64,000 bases of DNA from Psammoneis japonica (taxonomy: Eukaryota): assembly GCA_008632985.1 (NCBI GenBank), contig QPGO01000260.1, positions 1 to 64,000 on the forward strand, given 5' to 3'. The position numbers were made by a program, and so were the translations under genes. Positions 26,531 to 40,900 of this stretch are shown in pieces; the stretch's first letter is position 1, and the number at the start of each line of letters is the position of its first letter. The notes beneath the pieces were generated by a model. It saw only the letters and a list, made by a program, of their open reading frames with translations, did not search any database and was not told where the DNA came from.

Positions 26531-29500
26531 TGGTGGGAGAAAATGGATGTTTGTTGCAGAGTGGGTTGCAACCAAGCAGAAGAAAACAGCAACACAGATG
26601 CGAACAGGTTGTGTGACATTGTGAACACGTGGGCATGTTCCCAAGGAGCATCACCTGGGACTGCAAAAAAACACAAAAGAATTGTCCTCAGCAATGAAAA
26701 TTGAGTTGTACAGAATCACTCTCTCACTTGGGTGACAGCGCGGAAAATTTGACAAAAAATCAATTCTTTTTTGATGACAGTGTGTCGATTTGTGTCCCAA
26801 TTGTGTGCAATCGAATCAACAAGTTGAAAGACAAACATTAAAATTTCGTTCTCACTTTCAGCGATGCATGACAAACAAATGGTGCGATCAGAATCCCCGG
26901 GTGCAGCCATGCACAAAATTTTGATGCAGTGACCCTGCAGAATCGAAGTGGCGCCGCAGCTGCCACACATCACAATCCATCAACAGAGAATCGGCGCTTC
27001 AATCAAACATGTTGTGTTCCAGCTGCAAATTTTGCAGCATGAAGGTCCGCCCTGTGCTCAGTCATCAATCAGAGATTTGAGATTTTTGCACTTTTAAAAA
27101 TGGAAACAAGGCTTGCCAGAGACAGGGTCACTGAGGTCCTCGCCGGCAATGATCTGATGCACAAACTCAGCCATTGCCTGCATGTTGCAGCGCAGGTCAC
27201 GGTGGTGCTCCTCCTCTTTTTTTGTCTCTCCTGGAAGGGCAGTGAAATGAAGAGCATCCTCCAAATTGTGGTGGCAGAGAACACACTCACCTTTGTTCTG
27301 GCAGGACTTCTTCGTTGACCAACTGCAAGTCATTGTGCAGGACCACACATTGGGACAGTTTTCCCAACAACGTTGTTTGTGCAGATGACTTCAGCAACAC
27401 ATGGAGTGCAACAAAGCTTCAGCTTGTGGCAAAGAAAGGGAAGCGTGAGGAACTCTGGGGTGGGTGGCCAATTTGTTCTCTCCACAAACTGCTTTTTGGA
27501 CGCATGTGTTGCAATCATGCTCCTGAGCTTGGGCCCAAACAGCTTCATCATGAAACCATGGGTGAAATGTTCTGTGTTGTCAAAATTGACATCATCAGGA
27601 AAACAAGGAGGGGTCAGGGTCGGCCTCCTCAACTGACAGGGCAAAGTCATTTTGACCGCAATGGCCAGCTGTCTGTTGGCAGAACATGCAGAAAGTGTGC
27701 AAATCACAGCAGCGCACACTCTGGTCAAATTGATTTTGGGGAGAGGGTGTGCTGTTGTGAAACATGCAGGAAATGGCTTGCACAGAAAAAAACACTGAGA
27801 ACACAGCAGAGAAACCAACACAGAGTTCTGGAAACAAGTGCGATGCAACAAGGAAATGTGCACACACCTGGAGGTGACTGGGCAGACATGGACAGCAGCA
27901 CGTGCTGTGACACACAAGGAGGGGGCGAAAACAAAAAAGCACGAGCCAATTTGAAAGCCAAACCTCCAAAGGCATGGAGCATGGGTTGTCACAAAACAAA
28001 ACCCAAATTACATGTTTGAGGTGCTGCCACACTTCCACCCTGCAACTCCGGCAACAAGCTGGCCCACACCCCCAGCGCACCCTTGGTGCATGATTGCCAG
28101 CCAACACTGGCACCACCGCCAGAAAAAACATTTGCAAATGTGAGTTGCTTGAGCTTGAATCATCAACGCAAACGGAAAAAAATTGTCGCAAAAAGGTCAA
28201 ACACTTCGCATTGTGAAAACAACATTCAAGTGTTGGCATCACAGTCAAAAGAGCGACACAAACAAAATGCAATGGCGTGGCAAAAACCAATGCAAGTGAT
28301 TGCCGCCACATTGCGGGCTCTGATGTGCTTGGCTCTTGGGCAGCTTCTCTGCAAAAAGCACACCAGGCAATCTCTGGACCACCACCTCAAAGGTCAAATG
28401 GCTTCAAACAAAGCTTTGACAAAGAAACTTGGCAGCTGCTGTTGATTTTGCAGCACCAGTGCTCAATTTTTTCTTTTTTGGGTTCAAACTTTCAATTTTG
28501 ACCAACTTGGGTTTTAAATTTGAGCTTTGAACCCAGCTGGGTCCAAAATTGCAGTTTTTGACCTGACGCAAAGCTTTGGTCACAAAACATTTGCAAATGC
28601 AAGTTGCTTGAGCATGAATCATCAATGCAAATGGGCAAAAAAAATCCTCATGAAAAGGTCAATCACCTTGCATTGTGAAAACAACATTCAAGTGTTGGCG
28701 TCGCAGCCAAAAGAGCAACAGAAACAAAATGCAATGGCGGGCAAAAACCAATGAAAGTGATTGCTGCCACATTGCGGGCTCTGATGTGCTTGGCTCTTGG
28801 GCAGTTTCTGTGCAAACATCACACCAGGCAATCTCTGGACCACCACCTCAAAGGTCAAATGGCTCCAAACAAAGCTTTGACAAAAAACCTTTGCAGTTGT
28901 TGTCGATTTCACAGCACAGTGCTTGGGTTCAAATTTTTCCTTTTTTGGGCTCAAACATTCAATTTCAACCAACTTGGGTTTTAAACTTGAATTTTGAGCC
29001 CAGCTGGGTCCAAAATTGCAGCTTTTGACCCACCCCAAAAGGGAGGCGTGCACTTCTCACGAGGTGGCGGGTGCCCTGCACACATCACCTGTCAGCTTCA
29101 ACTGCACTTGAGCAGGCATGCCACAGTTTTCAGCCTGCTCTTTTTCTGCGTGGCCTGGCACAACCCAAACCCATGCAGATTTGGCACATTTTGCCTTGCA
29201 GAACAGTTTTTGGGAGTGTTTTCTGTGTTGCGATGCAAAACAACATGAAAAGTGACACGGACAATGGCATTTTGTCAATTTCAAAAATGCGGTTGTTTCT
29301 GAGGTGCTTTGCAGTGTGCTCTCAATGGATTGTCACATGCCGCTGCACAAGGTGTGTGACAAGCTCAAGAGCACACAGGTTTGCATGGGCAGCTGATGGC
29401 ACAAAATCCTGTTGAAGGTTCGCGCTGACAATGTTGCCTCTGTTTTGTCATGACTGACCTCATGCACCGCCATTCATGCTGTGTGTTTTGTCGAGGCTTC

Positions 29501-29619
29501 ATGTGTTTGTGACCATTTGACTTGCACGTGCTTTCCTTTTGCATGTCGTGCTTTTGTTCTGCAGGCTTTGCATCATTGCGGGGCATCCCAGAGACACTTT
29601 CGCTTGTCAAGAATGTTGT

Positions 29620-32600
29620 TTCTGGGCCAAGTCACAGATGTGCCATCAGGAAGAGTTCACAATTAACATGGCAACTTGGCGCTGTGATGTCTCAAGCTGA
29701 GCAAGCTCTCAAGAGCCCAAAAACATCATTCCACAGTTGTGACAACAATTCTCCACACCTCCACATGGCGATGCAGAGTTTGGTTTGGCAGACCAGTGCA
29801 TCATGGTGGCTCCAATGGCACAGATTGCTTCTCTCAGCTGTGCAGCAGCTCATGACCTGAGAATGTGTGGCTTGTTTGCCCCGTTTGTTGGCAAGCCAAT
29901 GCAACAAATTTAGAGGGTGAAGGGCAAGACAGATGCACAGTTGTGTCAAGTCTCAGAAGCAGCTCAAGAGAGCAAGCAAACAAGAGCTGTCAGCTTTGTG
30001 ATTCAGCAAATGAGCGCCAAGCACAATTTGTGGGAGCATCACATCTCCATTGTTGCTCTGGAGCAAGCAGCAAATGGCGCTGATTTGGCTGATGCAGCCA
30101 ATGTGCGTGCACACCTTGACAATCTGTTGTGCTGCATTCTGAGATTGTGGAATGAAAAGAAGTGCCTGCGCTTGCATCACTCTTTCATGACAGAAATGTG
30201 TCAGCTTGCCCTGGCCCTTTTGGAGCAATCGGGCAAGTGAAAGAGAGCAAGTGAAAGAGAAGCTGTCAAAAAATGAGGACAATGCCATTTTGATGCATTG
30301 TCATCTGGCAGTGCCAACATCATTCATGACGAAGTTCCGTGCTTTCTGGCTTTGCACTGCATCTGTGTGGGAATGTGTGTGCTTGGCTCTTGGATGGTCT
30401 CCACACAAAAAGTGCACCAGGTGATCTCTAGACTGCCCCCTTGAAGGTCAAATGGCTCCAAACAAAGCTTTGACAAAGAAACTTGGCAGTTGTTGTCAAT
30501 TTTGCCGTGATGCAAAACAACAAACAAAATGACATGGACAATGGATTTTTGCCAATTTCAAAAACTTGGTTGTTTCTGAGGTGCTTTGCAGTGCACTCTC
30601 AATGGAACATCACACGTCATGGCACAGGGCATGTGACAATCTCAAGAGCACACAGGCCCACATGGGCAGCTGATGATGAAAAAGCATGCTGAAGGTTCGC
30701 ATTGACAATGCTGCTTTTGCTGCATTGCAACCAACCTCATGCACTGCCATTCATGCTGTGTTTTGTTGAGGCTTTGTGTGTTTGCAGCCACTCAACTTGC
30801 GTGTCCTTTTGACGCATTCCAGCTCCAGGTGGGACCTTGCACTGCTGAACTCTGACATCAATGATTTTTTGGATTGTGTTGCATGTCGTGCACACACATT
30901 TCCACTTGCGAAATTCTATGAAATTGTCTCATGCTCCCTGTTTTGCAAAGCCAAATGCTTTCCATTTTCAACATTTGTGAGAATGAAAATGCACCAGGTG
31001 TGTTCTTTGATGTGCACAGAACATGCCCCGGCAAACTGTCAATGATGTGCTCTGAGTGTGAAGGAGGAGACACATTCGCAAAATTGCCTCTTTTTCTGTT
31101 GGTGATCATTTGCATTTTCATTGCTTGACAAATTTGCTGCAGAGCTTGCACGCAGAATTCTGCAGGCGAAATGTCACATGGAGTCCCGCCCAGGGCTGGA
31201 ACCCATCTTTCCCTTTCCACATTGTTCTTTTGTTCTGCAGGCTCTGCATTGTTGCGAGGTGTCCCAAAGACTCTTTTTCTCATCAAGAATGTCATTTTGC
31301 CATGCAATGGCCATGACAATTCAAAAACAAGGCCAAGTCACAGACACAGCATCAGGAAGAGTTCACAACAAATGTGGCAACTTGGCGCTGTGATGTGTTG
31401 AGCTGAGCAAGCTCTCAAGAGCTCAAACACATCATTGCGCAGTTTTGACAACAGCTCTCCCCACCTCCACATGGCAATGCAGAGTTTGACACTGCAGACC
31501 AGCACATCATGGCGGCTCCAATGGTGTGGATCACTTTGTTTGGCTGCACAGCAGCTTGCAACCCAGAAACATGTGCTTGTTTGCCCCACTTGTCAGCAGA
31601 CCAATGCAACAAATTTAGAGGGTGAAGGACAAGACAGTGCACAGTCGTTGTGTCAAGTCTCAGAAGCAGCTCAAGAGAGCAAGCAAACAAGAGCTGTCAG
31701 CTTCATGATTCAGCAAGTGAGCATTGAGCACAACTTGTGGGGGCATCACATGTCCATCATTGCCTTGGTTAAACAGCAAATGGCACTGATTTGGCTGATG
31801 CAGTCAGTGTGCGTGCACACCTTGACAATCTGTTGTGCTGCATTCTGAGATTGTGGAATGAAAAGAAGTGCTTGTGCTTGCATCGTTCCATCATGACAGA
31901 AATGTGTCAGCTCTCCCTGGCCCTTTTGGAGCAATCGGGCAAGTGAAAGAGAGCAAGTGAAAGAGGAGCTGTCTAAAGATGTGGGCAATGCCATTTTGAT
32001 GCATTGTCATCTGGCGGTGTCAACATCATTCATGACGAAGTTCCGCGCTTTCTGGCTTTGCACTGCATCTGTGTGGGAATGTGTGTGCTTGGCTCTTGGA
32101 TGGTCTCCACACAAAAAGTGCACCAGGTGATCTCTGGACTGCCCCCTTAAAAGTCAAATGGCTCCAAACAAAGCTTTGACAAAGAAACTTGGCAGTTGTT
32201 GTCAATTTTGCCGTGATGCAAAACAACACACAAAATGACACGGACAATGGATTTTTGCCAATTTCAAAAACTTGGTTGTTTCTGAGGTGCTTTGCAGTGC
32301 ACTCTCAATGGAACATCACACGTCATGGCACAGGGCATGTGACAAGCTCAAGAGAACACAGGCCCACATGGGCAGCTGATGATGAAAAAGCGTGCTGAAG
32401 GTTCACATTGACAACATCGCTTTTGCTGTGTTGCAGCCAACCTCATGCACTGTCATTCATGCTGTGTTTTGTTGAGGCTTTGTGTGTTTGCAGCCACTCA
32501 ACTTGCGCGCACTTTTGATGCATTCCAGCTCCAGGTGGGACCCTGCACTGCTGAACTGTGATGTGATGATTTTTTGGATTGCATCGCATGTGGTGCACGT

Positions 32601-33600
32601 GCATTTCCACTTGTGAAATTCCACAAAATTGTTTCATGCTCCCTGTTTTGCGAAGCCAAATGCTCTCCATTTTCAACATTTGTGAGAATGAAAATGCACC
32701 AGGTGTGTTCTTCAATGTGTGCAGAACATGCCCTGGCAAACTGTCAATGATGTGCTCCAAGTGTGAAGGAGGAGACACATTCGCAAAATTGCCTCTTTTT
32801 CTGTTGGCAATCATTTGCATTTTAATTGCTTGACAAATTTGCTGCAGAGCTCGCACGCAGAATTCTGCAGGCGAAATGTCACACGAGTCCCACCCAGGGC
32901 TGGAACCCATCTTTCCCTTTCCACATTGTTCCTTTGTTCTGCAGGCTCTGCATTGTTGCGAGGTGTCCCAAAGTCTCTTTTTCTTGTCAAGAATGTCGTT
33001 TCTGCAGTGCGATGGCCACGACAATTCAAAAACAAGGCCAAGTCACAGACACGGCATCAGGAAGAGTTCACAACAAATGCGGCAACTTGGCGCTGTGTTG
33101 TGTCAAGCTGAGCAAGCTCTCAAGAGCTCAAACACATCATTGCACAGTTTTGACAACAGCTCTCCCCACCTCCACATGGCAATGCAGAGTTTGATTCAGC
33201 AGACCAGCGCATCATGGCGGCTCCAATGGTGTCCTTTGTTTGGATGCACAGCAGCTTGCAACCCAGAAACATGTGACTTGTTTGCCCCACTTGTCAGCGA
33301 GCCAGTGCAACAAATTTAGAGGGTGAAGGACAAGACAGATGATGTGCAGTTGTGCCAAGTCTCAGAAGTGGCTCAAGAGTGCAAGCCAACAAGAGCTGCT
33401 GGCTTCACAATTTGGCAAGCAAGCACTGAGTGCAATTTGTGGGTGCTGTTTTGGAGCAAACAGCAAATGGCACTGATTTGGCTGATGCGGCCAATGTGGC
33501 ACGCACCTTGACAATCTGTTGTGCTGCATTCTGAGATTTTAAAATGAAAAGAAGTGCTTGCATTGACTGGCCCTTTTGGAGCAATCAGGTGAGTGAAGAG
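29620..33600 (+). repeat. ~1.7-kb tandem higher-order repeat (about 2.3 copies)
   Basis: Near-identical ORFs at 30483 and 32189 (offset 1706). ggccaagtcacaga recurs at ~29625, ~31331 and ~33036. Confidence 0.85.
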
Positions 33601-34059
33601 GAGCTGTTGAACACATCACCCACCATGAAGGCCGCCGACCTCTGGAGAAGCTCCAGGACATGAATGCCACCTCTCCAAAAGCAGCAAAAATTCATCATTG
33701 AAGATGGAGAAGAAATCAAAGAAGAGTCTCAAGATGTTCTTGACTGTGCTTTTGAAACAAAGAAGGCAGAAATGGCGAAGAGAGCCTCAAGCTGACTGAG
33801 CTTTTCAAGTGTGTGACAAACATGGGGCAGGGAAAATCACGTGTGCATGCTGTGGAACTCTGGAGCTTGCTTGTCTGGGATGTGAGCTGGAGTGGAGGTT
33901 GTTTGTCTGCAGCGCGGCAGTCACATGACTTTCAACATCAATTGAGGAACACATGTTTTGTCACCCAGGGCCTGACAGTTGAAATGAGTCTGTGCTTTGG
34001 CTGGGGGGGGGGGGGGGTGACACCTGTTTGATTGCTGCAGCAGAGGCTGCAGTGGTCCA

Positions 34060-34990
34060 AGCCATTTAGAGAATGACTTCATTCCAAACATTTGTTCTGT
34101 TCTGAATCTGTTGGCACCCACACTTCTCAAAAAGAGCATGGAAGCCATGCAGACATGGAGCAATGTTGAGAACATTTTGAATCAAATCCAGCTCATTGTG
34201 GGCAATGGACAAGCACAAGTGGATCTTGCAGGCCAGCATGTTGTTGAAGGCCCACTCAGTGGGCCCATCATGAGGCCTCCTGTGTGGGGCCCTGGGGAGA
34301 ACCCTGTGACCTGCATGGTGGACTTGGCAGACAACCGCTTCCTCCTTGTGTGCTGTTGGATTGTCGTGCATGACAGTTCATTGTGGCTCATTGGGATGGA
34401 AGTTCCCGACAACATCAAACTCAAGAAAGTCTCCACAGATTTCAGCTGCAGATCCACGTCACTTGACACTCCACACCATCTCCCAGGATGCTGAGCAGAA
34501 CCTTGGACATGTGGCGGTGGGTTTGGGTGGCTCAAGATCTTTCAAAGCCACGCTGATCTCAGGCTCTGAAAATGTGTGGCCATCATCAGAATTCATTGTG
34601 ACGCAGACAATGCACACATTTGTCAATGCTTCTGGGCAGGCGAGTTTGAAAAGTGCCAAAATTGGTCCATGGTGACTGTTCAAATTTTGGTTTTTGTGTG
34701 CCTCTGTTGCCAGTCATCTAGAGCACCACAACCTGCTCTCATCATTCCACTGCCTGACACTTCAAATCATGTGTGCTGGGACGGGCAAGTCATTTTGTTG
34801 CAGTGATCCACCAGCATTTGCCGCTTGCTCAGCGGATGTCCTCGAGATCTGCCACAGCTCAGATGTGAAGGCATTGGCTCGTGTCCCTGGGAACCTGCTC
34901 TGTGCATCAGACTCCATGTTGATGCCTCCATTCTGCAACATTGTCTTCACAAAAGTTCATTGTGAAGTGGGTTGAGCAATGTGAGTGGCG
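34060..34990 (-). pseudogene. Relic IS630/Tc1-like transposase inserted in the array
   Basis: HAGHRVLPRAPHRRPHDGPTEWAFN resembles the GH...RAPY.P.DGPIE..FN catalytic-E region. The sequence is unique within the array. Confidence 0.55.
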
Positions 34991-37900
34991 GGATGCATCC
35001 CGCAACTGCCATTGCAGCTGTTGGATTTGTGAGAATTGAATTGAAAGGTGACATGCTGCAACCCCTGCATGAGTTTGCACCAGTGACATGTGGAGCTGTG
35101 CATGATTTTGCCGACAGCTCTTGTTGGGCATCAGACAGCTCTTGTCAAGTGGGCATGTGGCCTGGCACAAACCTGTGCAGGCTCAGCACATTTTGCCTTG
35201 CAGAACAGTTTTTGGGAGTGTTCTCTGGGTCACAACACAAAACAACACACAAACTGACACATGCAATGGCATTTTGCCAACTTCAAAAACACGGTTGTTT
35301 CTGAGGCACTTCAATGGAACATCACACATCACAGCACAAGGCATGTGACAAGCTCAAGAGCACACAGGTTCACATGGGTGGCTGATGGTGAAAAATCATG
35401 TTGAAGGTTCGCATTGACAACATCGCTCCTGTTGTGTCAAAACCAACCTCATGCGTTGCCATTCATGCTGTGTGCTTTGTTGAGGCTTCACATGTTTGCA
35501 GCTGTTCGACTCACATGTGCTTTCCGTCTCTGCACTGCTCTTTTGTTCTGCAGGCTCTGCATTGTTGTGAGGCATCCCAGAGACACTTTTTCTTGTCAAG
35601 AGTGTCATTTCTGCAGTTCATTGGCCACGACAATTCAACAACAAGGCCCAGTCACAGATGCAGCAGCATCAGGAATGGCTCACAACAAACATGGTGACTT
35701 GGCGCCATGATGTCTTGAGCTGAACAAGCTCTCAAGAGCTCAAACACATCATCGCACAGCTTTGACAACAGCTCTCCTCACCTCCGCAAGGTGACGCAGA
35801 GTTTGATTTGACAGACCAGCGCATCATGGCGGCTCTGATGGTGCAGATTGCTTCTTTTGGCTGTGCAGCGGTTCACAACCTGGAAATGTGTGACTCATTT
35901 GTCTCATTTGTCAGCAAGCCAATGCAACAAATTTAGAGGGTGAAGGATGAGACAGATTGCAGCTGTGTCAAGTCTCTCAGCACCAGAAGCAGCTCAAGAG
36001 TGCAAGCCAACAAGAGCTGTCAGCTTTGCAATTGAGCAAGTGAGCATTGAGCACAATTTGTGGGGGCATCTTGTCTCCATTGTTGCTCTGGAGCAAACAG
36101 CAAATGGTGTTGATTTGGCTGACACAGCTGACATGCAAGTGCACCTTGACAATCTGTTGCGCTGCATTCTGAGATTGTGAAATGAAAAGAAGTGCTTTCA
36201 CTTGCATTGCTCTGTCATGACAGAGAAATGTGCTGGCTTTCCCTGGCCCTTTTGGGGCAGTCAAGCAAGTGAAAGAGGAGCTGTTGAAAGATGTGGGTGA
36301 CACCATTTTGATGCATTGTCATCTGGGCTGGTGGCATCATTGTCATTTGTGACAAAGCGCCATGCTTTCTGGTTTCATGCTGTGTTTGTGCAGGAATGCA
36401 CATGCATCAGAGCATGCATCACAGTGATTGAACCCCCCTCTTTGATGGCAATTTTTGTTCCTTTTGCAGACAAAACATTTGTGGCTTCAAAATTCATCAG
36501 CTGTGCAGCTGGCAATGAGTGGTTGCCTGTGAAAGACAAATGATTTCCACCAGGAAGTCCAACTCTCAACTGTGAATGACCACCTGTGACATCAAACATC
36601 CTCCTCTGCATCCTGTCAATGCATGAGCCCTCTTTCACTGCAGAAGCTGACAACTGCAACATTTTAGATTTTGCACCACATGCTGAAATTCGAGTTAACA
36701 TGCATTCTGTGCATTGACTTTTATTCTGCGTTCCTCAATGAACTGCGAACATCACTTTTGCTTGTGCACATGGTGCATCAATGAGTGCTGAATCAATGCT
36801 TTGCTGTCTGGCATTTTTTAAGTTGCAACAGGCCTGCACTGCAATCAGCTCACATTCTTTGTTGTTGTTGTCTTCTTCACTGTCTTCATCTTCTTTCTCA
36901 TTGCCTCTGTTGCTTGGTTCATCCATTTTCTCTTCATCATCCTCATTTTTGCTAGAAAGCTCTGTTGTTGCTTGTGTTCTCATCTCTGTCCCCACCAGCT
37001 TTTCAGTGGTTTGGCCCTTTTTCCCTTTTCCTTCACTCTCCTTTTTCTTTGCCCTGGAGTGCCATGTGTCAAGCTGCACATCCTGCTCACTTGCCCAGGC
37101 TCACACAGGTGGCTGATGGTGAAAAATCATGTTGAAGGTTTGCATTGACAACGTTGCTTCTGTTGCGTTTCGACTGACCTCATGCACTGACATTCAGGGC
37201 TGTGTGTTTCAAAACTGTCTGGCTTGCATGTGCTTTCTCTTTCTATGTTGTGCTTTTGTTCTGCAGGCTCTGCATCATTGTGGGGCATCCCAAAGACATT
37301 GTTCATGGCCAGCGCATCATGGCAGCTCCAATGGCACAGACCACTTTTTTTGGCTGTGCAGCAGTCTGTGACCCAAAAAATTTGACTTGTTTGCCCCACT
37401 TGTTGGCAAGCCAATGCAACAAATTTAGAGGGTGAAGGACAAGACAGATGCACAGTTGTGTCAAGTCTCAAAAACAGCTCAAGAGTGCAAGCCACCCAAG
37501 AGCTGCCAGTTTTGCAATTTGGCAAGCGAGCATTGAGTGCGGCTCATGGGCGCATTGTGTCTCCATCGTTGTCCTGAAACAAGCAGCAAATGGCGTTGGT
37601 TTGGCTGATGCAGCCAGTGGATGCACGTGCCTTGACAGAAATGCACGAGCTTTCCCTGGTCCTTTTGAGGCAATCAGGCAAGTGAAACAGGAGCCATCAA
37701 ACGATGCAGATGATGCCGTTTTGGTGTGTTGTTGTCTGGTGGTGTCATCATCATTCATGATGAAGAGCAGCCCTTTCTTGCTTTGTGCTGTGTCTGTGTG
37801 GGAATGTGCATGCTTGGCTCTTGGGAGTGGTTTCTGCACAAAAAGTGTGCCGGGCAATCTCTGAACCACCCTCTCAAAGGCCAAATGGCTCCAAACAAAG

Positions 37901-40900
37901 CTTTGACAAAGAAACTCAGCAGTTGTTGTTGGTTTCGCAACGCCAGTGTTCGGGCTCAATTTTTTCCCTTTTTTGGGTTCAAACTTTCAATTTCAACCAA
38001 CTTGGGTTTTAAATTTGGATTTTGAACCATCTGGGTCTAAAATTGCAATTTTTGACCAGCCCAAAAAAAGGGAGGCACACGCTTCTCAAAAGGTGAGCTT
38101 TCCACGTCCTTTTCAGAGCAGTGAGGTGAGCAAAAGAGGAGCTGTCAAAAGATGCAGACAATGCCATTTTGGCGCATTGTCGTCTGGTGGTGTCATCATC
38201 ATTCGTGATGATGAAGTGCCGTTCTTTCTGGCTTCATGCTGTGTCCTTGCAGAAATGCACGTGCTTGGCTCTTGGACAGCTTCTGTGCAAAAAGCACACC
38301 AGGCAATCTCTGGACCACCCTCTGGAAGGTCAAACAGCTCCAAACAAAGCTTTGACAAAGAAACTTGGCAGTTGTTGTCAACTTTGCCGTGCTGGTGTTT
38401 GGGTTCAAAATTTTTCCATTTTTGGGCTCAAACTTTTAACTTTGACCAACTCGGGTTTTAAGTTTGGATTTTGGCCCCAGTTGGGTCCAAAATTGCAACT
38501 TTTGACCCACCCCAAAGAAAGGAAGCATGCACTTCTCACGAGGCAGCAGGCAACCTGAACACATTTCCCGTCAGCTTGAGCTGCACTTGAGTGGGCGTGC
38601 CACAGTTCTTGGCCCATTTGTTTTTTTGTGGTTGCTTCCTGCACATTTTGTCCTGTGGAACAGTTTTTGGGAGTGCTTTCTGGGTTGCAATGCAAAACAA
38701 CTTGCAAAATGACATGGACAATGGCATTTCACCAGCTTCAAAAATGCAGTTGTTTCTGAGGCACTTTGTGGTGTGCTCACAACAGAACATCACACATTGC
38801 GGCACAAGGTGTGTCACAAGCTTGAGAGTGCACAGGTTTGCATGGGCCGCTGATGGTGAAAAATTGTGTGTTGAAGGTTTGCACTGACAATGTTGCTTTT
38901 GTTTTGTCATGACCAACCTCTCACGAGGCATCCCAGAGACACTTTCTCTCATCAAGAATGTCATCTCTGCAGTGCAATGGCCACGACAATTCAAGAACAA
39001 GGCCAACTCACAAACACAGCATCAGGAAGAGTTCACAACAAACATGGTGACTTGTCGCCATGATGTCTTGAGCTGAACAAGCTCTCAAGAGCTCAAGCAC
39101 ATCATCGCACAGTTTTGACAATTGTGACAGCTCCAATGGCGCAGACTGCTTCTTTTGGCTGTGCGGCAACTCACAACCCAGGAATGCCAAATGGCCCCAT
39201 TTGTCAGCAAGCCAATGCAACAAATTTGGAGAGTGAGAGGCAAGACAGATGCACAGTTGTGTCAAGTCTCACAAGCAGCTCAAGAGTGCAAGCCAACAAG
39301 AGTTGTCAGCTTTGCAACTCAGCAAGTGAGTGCTGAGTGAAACTTGTGGGGGCATCACGCCTCCATTGTTGCTCCAGAGCAAACAGCAAATGGCATTGAT
39401 TTGGCTGACACAGCCAATGTGCACGTGTGCCTTGACAGTCTGTTGTGCTGCATTCTGAGATTGTGGAACAAAAGGAGGCACTTGCACTTGCATCACTCCA
39501 TCACAAAAGAAATGCACAAGCTTTCCCTGGCCCTTGTTTCAGCAGTTGGGCAAGCAAAAGAGGAGCTGTTGAAAGATGTGGAAGACGCCGTTTTAATGCA
39601 TTGCTGTCTGGTGGTGTCATCATTCATGATGAAGTGCTGTGCTTTCTGGCTTCATGTTGCATCTGTGCCGGAATGCACAGTGTTGGCTCTTGGGCAGCTT
39701 CTGTGCAAAAAGTGCACAAGGGGCAATCTCTGGACCACCCTCTCAGGGGTCACATGGCTCTGAACACAGCTTTGACAAAGAAACTTGGCAGTTGTTGTCA
39801 ACTTTGCAGTGTCGGTGCTCAGGTTTGAATTTTTTCCTTTTTTGGGTTCAAACTTTCAATTTTAACCAACTTGGGTTTTGAGTTTGGATTTTGAACCCAA
39901 CTGGGTCCAAAATTTCAGTGCGCGTGCACCTTGACAATCTGTTGTGCTGCATTCTGAGATTGTGGAATGAAAAGAAGTGCTTGCGCTTGCATTGCTCCAT
40001 CATGACAGAAATGTGTCAGCTCTCCCTGGCACTTTTGGAGCAATCGGGCAAGTGAAAGAGGGCAAGTGCAAGAGGAGCTGTCAAAAGACATGGGCAACAT
40101 CATTTTGATGCATTGTCATCTGGCGGTGTTGAAATCATTTATGATGAAGTTCCATGCTTTCTGGCTTTGCACTGCATCTGTGCGGGAATGTGCGTGCTTG
40201 GCTTTTGGATGTTCTCCACACAAAAAGTGCACCAGGTCATCTCTTGACTGCTTTCTTGAAGGTCAAACAGCCCCAAACAAAGCTTTGACAAAGCAACTTG
40301 TCTGGTGTTGTCAGTTTTGCAGTGTCGGTGTTTGGGTTTGAAATTTTTCCTTTTTTGGGTTCAACCTGTCAATTTTAACCAACTTGGGTTTAAAGCCTGA
40401 ATTTTGAACCCAGTTGGGTCCAAAATTGCAACTTTTGACCCCCCCAAAAAAGGGAGGCACACACTTCTCACAAGGTGGCAGGCGACCTGTGCAAATTTCC
40501 TGTCAGATTGAGCTGTGCTTGAGTGTGTGTGCCACATCTCTCGGTGCACTCATTTTCTTTGTGGCCTGGTGCAGTCCATTTCTGTGTGAACTCAGCACAT
40601 TTTGCCCTTCTGAGCAGTTTTTGAGAGTGTTTTCTGGGCCGTGATGCAAAACAACACACAAAATGACATGGACAGCGGTGTTTTGCCAACTTCCAAAATG
40701 CAGTTGTTTCTGAGGCACTTTGTGGTGTGCTCTCAATGGAGCACAACATGCTGCGGCATTGGGTGTGTGACAAGCTTGAGAGCACACAGGTTTGCATGGG
40801 CAGCCGATGGTGAAAAATCATGTCAAAGGTTTGCGCTGACAATGTCGCTTCTGTTTTGTCACAACCAACCTCTCGCGAGGCATCCCAGAGACACTCTCTC